Of a stretch of 64,000 bases of DNA, positions 30,001 to 42,112 are shown one piece after another (within the stretch, counting starts at the first letter, position 1; every line of letters begins with the position of its first letter). The DNA comes from Eledone cirrhosa (Eukaryota). The translations under genes and the position numbers were made by a program. The stretch covers positions 423,026,001 through 423,090,000 of the forward strand of contig OZ024740.1 of assembly GCA_964016885.1 (NCBI GenBank), written 5' to 3'. The notes under the pieces were generated by a model. It searched no databases and was not told the origin of the DNA. It saw only the letters and a list, made by a program, of their open reading frames with translations.

Positions 30001-32956
30001 TAGGACAGAGAGGAGTTGTTGATAGAGAAGGTCAGAAGTTTGGAGAGAGTGGTATAGAGGTCTGGATGTAAGGAGAGCTAGACCTTAGGAATGAGAGGAG
30101 GTGTTGATAGAGAAGGTCAGACGTGTGGAGAGAGTGGTTGACAGGTCTGGATGTAAGGAGAGCTGGACCTTAGGACAGAGAGGAGGTGTTGATAGAGAAG
30201 GTCAGAAGTGTGGAGAGAGTGGTAGAGAGGTCTGGATGTAAGGAGAGCTGGACCTTAGGACAGAGAGGAGTTGTTGATAGAGAAGGTCAGAAGTTTGGAG
30301 AGAGTGGTATAGAGGTCTGGATGTAAGGAGAGCTAGACCTTAGGAATGAGAGGAGGTGTTGATAGAGAAGGTCAGACGTGTGGAGAGAGTGGTTGACAGG
30401 TCTGGATGTAAGGAGAGCTGGACCTTAGGACAGAGAGGAGGTGTTGATAGAGAAGGTCAGAAGTGTGGAGAGAGTGGTTGACAGGTCTGGATGTAAGGAG
30501 AGCTGGACCTTAGGACAGAGAGGAGGTGTTGATAGAGAAGGTCAGAAGTGTGGAGAGAGTGGTTGACAGGTCTGGATGTAAGGAGAGCTGGACCTTAGGA
30601 CAGAGAGGAGGTGTTGATAGAAAAGGTCAGAAGTGTGGAGAGAGTGGTTGACAGGTCTGGATGTAAGGAGAGCTAGACCTTAGGACAGAGAGGAGGTTTT
30701 GATAGAGAAGGTCAGAAGTGTGGAGAGAGTGGTTGACAGGTCTGGATGCAATGAGAGCTAGACCTTAGGAAAGAGAGGAGGTGTTGATAGAGAAGGTCAG
30801 AAGTGTGGAGAGAGTGGTTGACAGGTCTGGATGTAAGGAGAGCTAGACCTTAGGACTGAGAGGAGATGTTGATAGAGAAGGTCACAAGTGTGGAGAGAGT
30901 GGTAGAGAGGTCTGGATGTAAGGAGAGCTAGACCTTAGGACAGAGAGGAGGTGTTGATAGAGAAGGTCAGATATGTGGAGAGAGTGGTTGACAGGTCTGG
31001 ATGTAAGGAGAGCTAGACCTTAGGACAGAGAGGAGGTGTTGATAGAGAAGGTCAGAAGTGTGGAAAGAGTGGTTGACAGGTCTGGATGTAAGGAGAGCTA
31101 GAGCTTAGGACAGAAGGGAGGTGTTGATAGAGAAGGTCAGAAGTGTGGAGAGAGTGGTTGACAGGTCTGGATGTAAGGAGAGCTAGACCTTAGGACTGAG
31201 AGGAGATGTTGATAGAGAAGGTCAGAAGTGTGGAGAGAGTGGTTGACAGGTCTGGATGTAAGGAGAGCTAGACCTTAGGACAGAGAGGAGGTGTTGATGG
31301 AGAAGGTAAGAAGTGTGGAGAGAGTGGTTGACAGGTCTGGATGTAAGGAGAGGTGGACCTTAGGACAGAGAGGAGGTGTTGATTGAGAAGGTAAGAAGTG
31401 TGGAGAGAGTGGGTGACAGGTCTGGATGTAAGGAGAGGTGGACCTTAGGACAGAGAGGAGGTGTTGATTGAGAAGGTCAGAAGTGTGGAGAGAGTGGTTG
31501 ACAGGTCTGGATGTAAGGAGAGCTAGACCTTAGGAAAGAGAGGAGGTGTTGATAGAGAAGGTCAGAAGTGTGGAGAGAGTGGTTGACAGGTCTGGATGTA
31601 AGGAGAGCTAGACCTTAGGATAGAGAGGAGGTGTTGATAGAGAAGGTCAGAAGTGTCGAGAGAGTGGTAGAGAGGTCTGGATGTAAGGAGAGCTAGACCT
31701 TAGGAAAGAGAGGAGGTGTTGATAGTGAAGGTCAGAAGTGTGGAGAGAGTGGTTGACAGGTCTGGATGTAAGGAGAGGTGGACCTTAGGACAGAGAGGAG
31801 ATGTTGATAGAGAATGTCAGAAGTGTGGAGAGAGTGGTTGACAGGTCTGGATGTAAGGAGAGCTAGACCTTAGGACAGAGAGGAGGTGTTGATAGAGAAG
31901 GTCAGAAGTGTGGAGAGAGTGGTTGACAGGTCTGGATGTAAGGAGAGCTAGACCTTAGGACAGAGAGGAGGTGTTGATTGAGAAGGTCAGAAGTGTGGAG
32001 AGAGTGGTTGACAGGTCTGGATGTAAGGAGAGGTGGACCTTAGGACAGAGAGGAGGTGTTGATTGAGAAGGTCAGAAGTGTGGAGAGAGTGGTAGGGAGG
32101 TCTGGATGTAAGGAGAGCTAGACCTTAGGACAGAGAGGAGGTGTTGATTGAGTAGGTCAGAAGTGTGGAGAGAGTGGTTGACAGGTCTGGATGTAAGGAG
32201 AGCTGGACCTTAGGACAGAGAGGTGTTGATAGAGAAGGTCAGAAGTGTGGAGAGAGTGGTTGACAGGTCTGGATGTAAGGAGAGCTAGACCTTAGGACTG
32301 AGAGGAGATGTTGATTGAGAAGGTCAGAAGTGTGGAGAGAGTGGTTGACAGGTCTGGATGTAAGGAGAGCTAGACCTTAGGACTGAGAGGAGATGTTGAT
32401 TGAGAAGGTCAGAAGTGTGGAGAGAGTGGTTCACAGGTCTGGATGTAAGGAGAGCTAGACCTTAGGACTGAGAGGAGATGTTGATTGAGAAGGTAAGAAG
32501 TGTGGAGAGAGTGGTTGACAGGTCTGGATGTAAGGAGAGCTAGACCTTAGGACAGAGAGGAGGTGTTGATGGAGAACGTAAGAAGTGTGGAGAGAGTGGT
32601 AGAGAGGTCTGGATGTAAGGAGAGCTGGACCTTAGGACAGAAAAGAGGTGTTGATGGAGAAGGTCAGAAGTGTGGAGAGAGTGGTTGACAGGTCTGGATG
32701 TAAGGAGAGCTAGACCTTAGGACAGAAAAGAGGTGTTGATGGAGAAGGTCAGAAGTGTGGAGAGAGTGGTTGACAGGTCTGGATGTAAGGAGAGCTGGAC
32801 CTTAGGACAGAAAAGAGGTGTTGATGGAGAAGGTCAGAAGTGTGGAGTGAGTGGTAGACAGGTCTGGATGTAAGGAGAGCTAGACCTTAGGACAGAAAAG
32901 AGGTGTTGATGGAGAAGGTCAGAAGTGTGGAGAGAGTGGTTGACAGGTCTGGATGT
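1..32956 (+). repeat. 85-bp tandem satellite array (about 388 copies; continues beyond window start)
   Basis: Consensus AGGTGTTGATAGAGAAGGTCAGAAGTGTGGAGAGAGTGGTTGACAGGTCTGGATGTAAGGAGAGCTAGACCTTAGGACAGAGAGG recurs at 1, 86, 171 and onward with few substitutions and 1-4 bp indels. It ends at ...GGTCTGGATGT (32956). Confidence 0.99.
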
Positions 32957-34528
32957 TAGAAGTGCTGGACGATTATCAACGAGATGACAGGGAGGAAAAG
33001 AGGGAGTTCGATTCTGATCCAGGGTACAGTGCCCGAAGATAGGAAAAAAATTTGACAGGATAATTTTAAGACCCTACCTTCCACAGCCCAGAATACCAGG
33101 GTGATCAGACAACTATTTTTGGAACTAGATATTGAGACAGGGCCCTTCACCACAGAGGAGCTTCAGAGATCCAAGAAGAAGATCAAGGAGGGCAAGGCGT
33201 ATGGAGTTGATGGAGTGGCATCAGAGGTGATGAGGTGTGATTTTGATGATATCATCCTAGAGTTCTGTAACCAGGCACTGGAGAAAGGAATTGCCCCAGA
33301 TCATATGTTGATCAGTATCATCGTCCCAGTGCCAAAAAAGGGAGATCTCTCTAACACCAACAACTACAGGGGCATCTCACTGACGTCACTTGTGGCTAAG
33401 ACCCTCAACAGGATGACTTTTAACAGGACGCAGACCAAGATGGAGAAGAAGCTCAGTGACAACCAGAATGGCTTCAGAGAGGGAAGATCAACCACCAGCC
33501 ACATCCTGATGCTAGGGAGAATTTTAGAGGGAGCTAGAGCAAAGAGCCTCCCTGCTGTCATGGTTTTCATTGACTTCAGGAAGGCCTATTATTCTGTGGG
33601 CCAAGACTGCCTGATGAAGATCTTATAGGCTTATTGAATCCCCAAAAAGACAGTGGACCTGATATCACTTCTCTGCACCAACACCAGAACCCAAGACATT
33701 ACACCTGGATGATGGAGTTCTTTGAGATACTAACTGGAGGGCTCCAGGGAGATACATTGGCTCCCTACCTTTTCACCATCACAGTGAACTATTGTATGTA
33801 TCTTGCACTGGAGAAACACCAGAACTTGGGCATTACTGTAGCACCGGCTCAGAACAGTAGAGTTAAGGCTTAAAAGATCTCAGATACTGAATTTGATGAT
33901 GACATAAATTTGGTGACAAACACAGTGAAGGAGGCAGAGGAGTTGATGCAAGAGGTGGAGACTGTGTTGATGAGTGTGGTACGGAGAATGGATGAGAGAA
34001 AGACAAAGTATCTGATGGAGAACATCAAAGAGCCAGAGAAGTTTATGAATGTGGGCGGAGAGCCGCTAGAGTTGGTTGAGGACATCCGGTATCTGGGAGC
34101 AAAGATTGGGAACACATAGGATAATGTGGTGGAGAGGAAGAGCAAAGCCTGGGCGATGTGCCACAATTTGAGATCAGTGTAGAAGTCGGACCTTTGTAAA
34201 AACATGCAGATCGTCCCTTTGTTGCTACAGTGGAATCTACTGTATGGGTCATAGACTTGGACACTGACCAAGAGTCTCTCAGATAGTGGATGGGTGCTAC
34301 ACGAGGATGTTGAGGATGGCTCTGAACATTAATCAGTAAGCACTGAGGATGAAGAACTCAGAGCTGTATGGGAACCTCTCCAAAATCAGCTCAAAAGTGA
34401 CACAGGTGGTGACTGAGGTTAGCTGGACAGAGTTGACACTGCACTCAATGGTCCCGTGGGAGCACCTACACAGACACACTGGAAGAGGGGGACACAGGAT
34501 GACATATGTTGATGCCCTAAGGGCAGAT
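32900..34528 (+). mobile_element. Degenerate non-LTR retrotransposon ORF2 (RTE/RTEX-like), linker + RT + C-terminus
   Basis: Motifs GPFTTEEL..KEGKAYGVDG, VPVPKKGDLSNTNNYRGISL, NQNGFREGRSTT, FIDFRKAY, GLQGDTLAPYLF, EFDDDI (decayed FADD), YLG and C-terminal GRGGHRMTYVDALRAD. Broken by stops and frameshifts (ORFs 33101-33628, 33634-33873, 33910-34119, 34349-). Confidence 0.9.
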
Positions 34529-34663
34529 AAAAACAGACCACCGAAAAAAAAAGAACGAGCTCCCCCACACCCCAGGGTTTCAAAAGATCGGAGAAGGGAA
34601 GGAAAACTTTGCTGTTCTTTACAGAAGATAAACACATTTGTTGTTTCAAAGTAAAATATATTA

Positions 34664-34860
34664 TAGTGGGATATAGAGAGAGGGAGAGAATTTGATGGTT
34701 CAGTGAGAGAGGGGGGAACTGTGAGAGAGAGAGAGTGAGGTATTTAATAGGACATAGAGAGGGGTAATTGTCAGAGAGGTAGAGAGAAATGTATGTAGTG
34801 GAATATAGAGAGGGACAGAGAGTTTGGTAGTTTAGTTAGAGAGGGGGAATTGTGAGAGGA
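34664..34860 (+). repeat. Diverged ~80-bp GA-rich minisatellite, left part
   Basis: Units containing GTGGGATATAGAGAG..TTTAGTGAGAGAGGGGGAATTGTGAGAG. Same motif as 40575-41160. Confidence 0.75.
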
Positions 34861-35101
34861 ATTTCTATTTATTTGCCACCAGGGCATCAAAGATTGGGAC
34901 AAATACAAAGGGGGGAGTTTACATACATTTAAAAAGACGTGTAAAAAAACATATAACAAATTAAATTTAACAATCGATGTCCTCAATAGGGAGGGGCGTT
35001 GACATGGGTCGCACACACCCCCGAAAAAATGTGCAACCCTCCTCTTCAGGAGCACAAAGAGCGGGTGCTCCCTTCCTCTTCTCATTCTTCTCCTCTCTCA
35101 C

Positions 35102-38100
35102 TTACAGGCTGATATAGAGAGAAGGCCCATTCACTCGGGCCATTCTCGCTACTTTCACCCACCTTTCATAAAACTTTCTGGGGTAGAGCACCTCTCTCTC
35201 CATTCTGATCCTTCTTCTAAAGTGGTACTTGAAAAAAAGGACCAGTTGTTGGCCGGAGAGAAAGGTGTCTGACCTCAGCCCTTTCAACCTTGTCCACTAT
35301 ACAACCTCTTTCGCCATAGCTATCACACAGAGGAAAACCGCCTCTCCTTCGTTTTTGAAAGGGGGAGGCGGTTTGATCGTGACAATGTTCTCGGTGGTCA
35401 ACCGGATTGGTCCCACACGCGACAGTAGTCGTTCCACATAGCCCCACATGTCAGCAACGCCCGGGCAGTGTACGAATGCGTGTGCGACAGTTTCCTCGTC
35501 ACGCACGCATCTCGGACAGATTTTCTTCGAGGGGTCCCTACCCGGGCGCCCATGTCTGTAGAGCTTGTCCCGAACGGGTAGAGCTCCTCGGTAACATTGC
35601 CAAGCCAGGGACTTTTAGAAGTTGTCCATCGGTCCCGGGCCAAACGTCCTACCGAACAGACTGGCTAGCTCATCTTCCTCCATGCCCAGAGCCTCTCCGA
35701 GAGCGTCGTCGCACTTACTGCGCACCAACCCTCTATAGAATGTTGAGGTTGAGTCTCCACTGATTGCCGGATCCGCTTGCCAGAGGGCCGTGAGCGCCTG
35801 GGCACATTCAATGTGCCAGTCGCCCACTTTTCTCGGTCTTTGCTTGACCCAGGATTGCAGCTCGGTGAGTGAGACGAGTCTCGGAAAGGCTTGCCTCACA
35901 AACAGGGCCCACACCGGCTGACCGGTGAGGAATACCTGGAGGTGCCGTAGCCTTAATGCGTGTCTACGCATCGTCAGCCACGGCATCCCCAGCCCTCCGT
36001 TCGAAGGATGTTGACAGCAGATGAATCTTCTCACCAAAGGAGCCCGCTTCTTCCAAAGAAATCGGAAGAACGCGCGCTCCATTTTGGCGAGTGTTTTCTC
36101 TGGGCAAGGCACGACGGTCAAGCGGTAGTAGATGACGGACGCTATATAAGCGTTCGCCACCTCCGCTCAACCTTTCAGGGATAGTTTGCACTCGACCCAC
36201 TTCTGGGCGAGTGCAAACACCTTGCCCGTTACCTCGTCCCAGTTTTTCTCCACCTGGAGGTCCGGTCCGAACCAGACCCCGAGCAGCTTCACCGGTCCCT
36301 CCGTCCAGCGTCCGACGATGCCGTCGGAGGGCATCGGTTTTCCCCTCCACGTCCCGAGTTGCAAACCGACTGACTTATCCCGGTTCAGCTTGTCTCCTGT
36401 GAACCTTTCATATTCCTCCAGTAAGGTGCCGATCTTCCCGATTTCCGAGGTGTACGACACCATTACTGTCACGTCATCGGCGTAGGCCGACACCGCTTTC
36501 CGCAATCCCGGTTCCAACTTCCGCAGTAGTGGCTCGAGAGCCAGCACATACAGAAGGGAGGGGAGAGGGCATCCCTGTCAGATGGATCGCGTGATTTGGA
36601 ACGGCTCCGAGAGGTAGCCGTTCACCTTGACCCTCGAGCAGGTGTTGCTGCTGTGCATTGCAGCAATCCGGCCCCTGAAAACGGGTCCGAAGCCTGCCGC
36701 CGCGAGCACCGCATCCAGGTACTGATGGTCGACCCTATCGAACGCCTTAGATTGATCCAAGTTGATCAGGGCCCCACCAAAGCCGGATTCGTTCTCTACC
36801 CTCTCTACAATGTATCGCATGAGGTGGAGGTTGTCGTGTATGGAGCTGGACGGGATTGCGCATGTCTGCGCTTCTCCTACCAGGTTCCCGACGACAAGCG
36901 CCAACCTCTTCGCTAACACCTTGGCCAAAATCTTTAACTCTGTGTTTAGCAGAGTTAAGGGCCTGAAGTTATCTATGTCATCCCCCTTGATCTCGTCCTT
37001 CCTCACCAGCGTGACTACGCCCTTGGTCACAGAACTGGGAATTCTCCCGTTCTGTTGCCAGTTGCAGTAGACCGCTTCGAGGAGACCGGAGAACAAGCCC
37101 GGCATCGCTACATAAAGTTCGTATGGTAGACCATCGAGACCCGGAGATTTGCGTTTGCCGCATTGGCTCAGCGCTTCCCCTATTTCAGCGGCTGAAATCG
37201 GCCTCTCGCAGGTCTTCGCCTCCCCGTCCGAGAGCCGCGCCAGACCGTCGAGGTATGGACCGAAATCCATGGCCCCACCCGGCTCGCCGCCCCTCCCGAA
37301 CAGTAGTGCAAAGCGCCGTTGAAAGGCCGCGCTCATCCGCTCAGGTTCAAGGATCACGCGTCCATCCTGGTCCTTCAAAGACCGAATCGTGGACTTGTTT
37401 CCACTTTTTGCCTCTGTCACTTGGGCCCAGCTAACAACTTTGGCTCCCTCGTTACCCATAGCACGTATTTTACTCCTGACAACGCAGCCCTCGTGCTTCG
37501 CATCAAAGAACTGGTCTAGGGCCGTTCTTGACGCCAGCACGCCGGCCACGTTGCCACTCCTAATCGCCTCTTCTACTCTATCTATTAATTCCCTTTCAGT
37601 TCTATTCCTATCTGTTGCTAATTCCTGACTAAAACCTATCGATTCTATTCTAATTTCTCTCTTGAGAGAGCCCCACCACCTGCTGTTGACAATTTACCCC
37701 CGTCAACCGCTGCTTAACTAGTGTGCTAATCCGCTTACTGTAAGCTTTGTTTGTCGGTAAAGACAAGTCTAGCTTCCAGTAACCGGGTCCTTGTCTATGA
37801 GTTCTATCAAGGTTGACCACTCCGGTCACCAACTTGTGATCCGAATAGTCAACCATGAACATTCGTGGACAGCTTAATATGTCCCTATCCTTATTTCTAA
37901 CTAGGAACCTATCTAGGTACGACCTAGATGTTCCGCTGCGATTAGTCCACGTCCACAGTGGCACAGTCGGAAAATCTAGTCGATATCTATCGGCCAGATC
38001 AAATCGGCCGATTAATCGTTTGAGGCTGTTACACCCCCCTCTATCGGGACATGCCCCTACATAGTCCCAACGTGAATCCAGGATACCATTCCAGTCCCCC

Positions 38101-38515
38101 ACTAAAAGCAAGGAGCGAGACGTTCCCAGGAAATTCTCCAGGCGTCAGAAGAAGTGCGGTCGCAGTGTCCCAGATGGGGCATACGCTGCCACCAGCCTGA
38201 AAGCTCCACCTTCACTACTGCCGACGTCTAAAACCACCAGTCGACCCTCCGGGTCCAGGTGTACCTTCTGTGTGGCAAGATCCAGGTATTTTCGCAGCAG
38301 AACGACAACCCCACCCCACTCCTCGGCTGACAGAGAGATGCGTAGATCTCAAAGTCGTCGAAGATGGGGGCCAGTTGGCGCTCGCTGCTGATCCTGGACT
38401 CGCAAATAACCATTACACCCACTCTGTGCGACCTGAGGTCATTTAAGAGTTTGCCCTGTTTTCAGGACATCCCCAAGCCGCGTGCATTCACACATCCAAC
38501 TCTTATATTGGCCAT
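35102..38515 (-). pseudogene. Tx1-like ORF2: AP endonuclease + reverse transcriptase + C-terminal CCHC (zf-RVT), frameshifted
   Basis: Starts MANIRVGCVNARGL (ATG 38515). EN motifs GDWN, YLDRFLV, SDH, GPGYWK. RT motifs KSPGLDGLPYELY, NFRPLTLLNTELKILAK, LDQSKAFDRVDH, QGCP, YADD, GGLGMP. C-terminal CPRC..DEETVAHAFVHCP. Stop at 35102. Confidence 0.92.
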
Positions 38516-38556
38516 GTTGGTGCTGAAGAGTTAAAAGGAAGAGGAAAGGAAATTAC

Positions 38557-40374
38557 TTACCTCTTCGTCTCCTGGGGATCAGGCTGCACAATTTCCATGG
38601 GGGTGTTGGAAGGGTTGTTTGGTGGGGTGGTGGTTTGTGGTGGGCTGAGGACATCAGTGTGTGGTGGGATTGGGGTGTTTGGTGGGGTGTGGGTGTCTGG
38701 TGTGGGGGTGGGGAAACATCTCAATAGGACGCTGTTAAGTGGTTTGATGCAGGTGGTCCCCACATGCATTGGATGGTTCTTTTTCAGAGTTACATAGGTT
38801 TCCGTTGGGACCCTAATCATCATTAGGTGCGGTTTGTTCGCTGCGTAGGTGAAAGTGATCCCTTCGGTTTCCACCGAAGGGTTATTGTCTATTGCTTTCA
38901 TCAAAGTTTTATTGTTCTTGTTAATGTATGTATAGTGTTTTTGTTGTGTTGTGTTTGTTTTTGTTTTTGTTTGTTGTTCTTGTGCGTGTTTGCGTTTTGT
39001 AGTATGTGTTATGTTTTCGGGTGGGGTGGGTTTTTTGTTTCTGATGTTTGTTCTGTTTGTGCTGGTAGTTGTGTGTTTGTTGCATTTTTGTTAATGTGGT
39101 GCCCTTTTTTTTCCTTTTCACCTGTTGAAAGGGTTCTCCCTTGTCGCACTGGGTGACGTTGATACGGAGTCCTCTTCCGTGTTGTTGGGGAGGGGTATAT
39201 TTTGGGGTTTTGTTGTGGTTGCTTTTGTATTTGTTTTAAGTGGGGAGGGGTTGGGTGGAACAGTGTCTTGTGTTGTTATTTTTCCGTGTTGTTGTAGTTG
39301 TTGTTGTTGTTGTGGTGGTGGTTGTGGTGGTGGTTGTGTTGTTGTGTTCGGGGTTGGCAGAAGAGCCTTTTATTTTTTTACTCGTTAATTGAGGACAGGC
39401 AGCCCTCAGGTGACCCCTACTTAAGCAGTGGTAACATGACGGCCGCTTTCCCTCCACTGAAATGTTTATATAAGTTAGCCCGTCCAGAGGCACGCGTTGT
39501 GGGATATTCGCTATTCGTTCTGGGCTCATTTGCACCAGAACTTCTACGCTGGTCCCACCAAATACACCTCCGGAGGACTTTCCTACTGAAATTATCCTGT
39601 CTTCATCAAAGTCAATGAATCCACATAGTATCCACCAAATATTTACATTTGGTGTGATACTCATAATTTTTATTCTTTGTGTCCTTTTTCCCCTGTATGT
39701 GGGGAAAAAGGTGAAGCGGGGGGACACAATGGGTGATACAGAGTATTTTTGTGCTGTTGGCTGGTTATTCATTAGCACCGAAATGCTACCAAACAGTTTT
39801 CCTTTTTGGATGAAGGTTATGTCCTTCATTGCATCTTTTAGAACCAGCTCAATTTCATTTTGTGATAATTGAGCTGGTTTTCTTGTTTCGTTAGATATTG
39901 TCCTGAAAACCACAGTTTTCAGGACAGCCTCTCTACGTAATACCTGTGGAGAATTGATGCTAAAAGCACCATTTTCGCCAAAAGTCACGAATTGTTTTGC
40001 GTCTTGTAGTAGTTGTTTAGCATTTGTTATGTCAATTGGCGTGTATAGTTCGTTTTTTTTACAGTCTGTGCGAACGTTGCTTTGGTGTTGTTGTCTTTTT
40101 TGTTGCTGTTGTTGTTGTCACTGTTGTTGATATTGTTCATGTTTTCCTTGGTGTTGTTATTGTTGCAGTTATTGGTTGTGGTGTTATTATCATTGTTCTT
40201 GTTGTTGGTGCTGGTATTATTTACCGGGTTTGGTTCCGTGGTTTCAATATTTTCAACGTTTTTCGATAATGCGAGGAGGGAAGGCTGCAAGCTTTGTACT
40301 CCTACCTTCCCTCCACCACTTTTCTTAGTGAACGTGGTACTCACGACAGTGTGCGAGGTTGAAATGGCATCCAT
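38557..40374 (-). pseudogene. Tx1-like ORF1 (nucleic-acid binding, CCHC zinc knuckle), frameshifted
   Basis: ORF pieces 40027-40374, 39236-39988 (CYHCLSRGHLRAAC = CX2CX4HX4C) and 38557-38904, with Asn/Thr-rich low-complexity tracts, directly upstream of ORF2. Confidence 0.8.
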
Positions 40375-40574
40375 TGTTGACTACCAAGTCTACACAGTTT
40401 TGAGATGAAAATGAAAATTTCGCCCCAGAAAGGGGCGAAAATTAGTTGACTCAACGTCTGAAGGCCCAGGCAAGGGGTTAAACTAAACAATGCTAACAAA
40501 TTGAACAATGAACTCACAGTTTTTTTTTAACAATAATCCGTAAAAATCCGGAGCGAAGTAATACACGAGTTTGT

Positions 40575-41160
40575 TGGTTTAGTGAGAGGGGGGGGGGATT
40601 GCGAGTGAGTGAGGTATGTAGTGGGATATAGAGAGGGGCACAAATTTTGCTAGTTTAGTGAGAGAGGGGGAATTGTGAGAGTGTGAATGAGTGAGGTATG
40701 TAGTGGGATATAGAGAGGAGAGAGTTTCATGGTTTAGTGAGAGAAGGAAAATTGTGTGAGTGATAGAGAGTGAGGTATGTAGTGGCATATAGAGAGTTTG
40801 GTGCTTTAGTGAGAGAGACGTATTATGAGAGAGTAAGGTACGTAGTGGGATATAGAGAGGGGAAGAGAGTTTGATTGATTAGTGAGAGGGGGAAATGAGA
40901 GATTGTGAGAGAGTGAGATATGTGGTGGGATATATAGAGGGAGAAATGTTTAATGGTTTAGTGAGAAAGGGGGAATTAAGAGAGTTAGAGAGTGAGGTAT
41001 CAAGTGAGATATAGAGAGTGAGAGTGAGTTTGGTGGTCTATTGAGAGAGAGGGGGAATGTTGCTCTAGTGATAGAGAGTGAGTAATGTAGTGGGTAGAGA
41101 GAGGATAAGATAGGTATAATGTTTTAGTGAGAGACGGGAAATATTGTGGAGAGAGTGACA
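40575..41160 (+). repeat. Diverged ~80-bp GA-rich minisatellite, right part (about 7 units)
   Basis: GTGAGGTATGTAGTGGGATATAGAGAG recurs near 40609, 40691, 40770, 40832 and further downstream. Confidence 0.85.
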
Positions 41161-41277
41161 AAATAAATATAGGAGGGAAGAAAATGTTATAATCTTGGGT
41201 CTCAGTAAAGCGGATGTGTATGTGTGTGTGTTTATATGGGTGTGTGTGTGTGTTTATATATATGTGTGTGTGTTTAT

Positions 41278-42112
41278 CCTGTTTGTAATTGACCTTTGAG
41301 GTGCTTCAACTTTCATGATACTTTGTTTCATGTGGGGAGACCACAGTAGACAACAGTATTCAAGGTGGAGTCGGGCAAAAGTGGAGAAGAGAAGGATAAC
41401 AGTGTGGATATCTCTCGACTGGAAAGTTCTAAGAATCCAGGAACACATTCTGCGGGCCATATCAACTTTGCTGTTTATATGAGTGGCCCAGCTTATATTG
41501 TTGTCCACAATTACTCCCAAGTCTCTGATGTTGTTGGATGAAGGAAGAGAGTATGGTAGTTTCAGGGCATCCTCATTTCCAAAGTGGATTAACTCAAATT
41601 TATCCTTGTTCAGCAGCATGTTGTTCTTTTCTGCCCATTGGATAACAGCCAGTAGGTCTGACTGAAGGTAAGTCCGGTCACCCACTTCATTGATGACCTT
41701 CTGGAGCTTGGAATCATCTGCGAAGATTCTTATGTTGCTGTATTTGATGATGTCAGTAATGTCATTAATGTAGATGATGAAAAGAAGTGGGCCCAACACA
41801 GTGCCTCGCGGAACACCACCACTGACTTTGGCTGGGCTTGGTTTTACTCCTTCGACTACAACATGTTGGGCTCTGTCTGTCAGGAAACACTTGATCCATT
41901 ACTCTTTTAGAACATATACTACACTTTGATCTTAGCCAGAGACACCAATGTTGGATAGTTTTTTCAATAGAACCTTGTGATCAACCCTGTCAAAGGCCTT
42001 GCTGAAATCAAGGTAGATGACATCAGTGTTGGAGCCCTCTCCCAAAGCTCTCAAAATGTCAGCAAAGTGATGCAGGAGCTGCGTTAGGCTGTCCCTTCCA
42101 TCACAGAACCCA
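41278..42112 (-). mobile_element. CR1/Jockey-group LINE RT fragment
   Basis: YLDFSKAFDRVDH (near 41980-42020), GVPRGTVLGPLLFIIYIND, IFADDSKL, RDLGVIVD, RLHLEYCCLLWSPH. Confidence 0.85.

Larger units (their letters stand above)
34861..40572 (-). mobile_element. Near full-length L1-group, Tx1-like LINE (ORF1 + ORF2), degenerate
   Basis: 5' UTR near 40380-40570, ORF1 with gag-type zinc knuckle, ORF2 APE-RT-zinc finger, and 3' UTR ending in minus-strand AAATAAATAGAAAT (AATAAA) at 34861-34874. Confidence 0.9.

Noticed and set aside
1-32956. Satellite as a CRISPR array or a repetitive protein gene
   Set aside because: There are no unique spacers. The 85-bp unit is not a multiple of 3, stops occur on both strands, and the ORF track shows nothing of 60 aa or more.
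34529-34660. Short segment between the RTE-like LINE and the minisatellite
   Set aside because: No recognisable motif, tail or repeat, so it cannot be assigned.
35229-40408. Plus-strand ORFs overlapping the Tx1 element
   Set aside because: Antisense shadows of ORF1 and ORF2 with no recognisable motifs.
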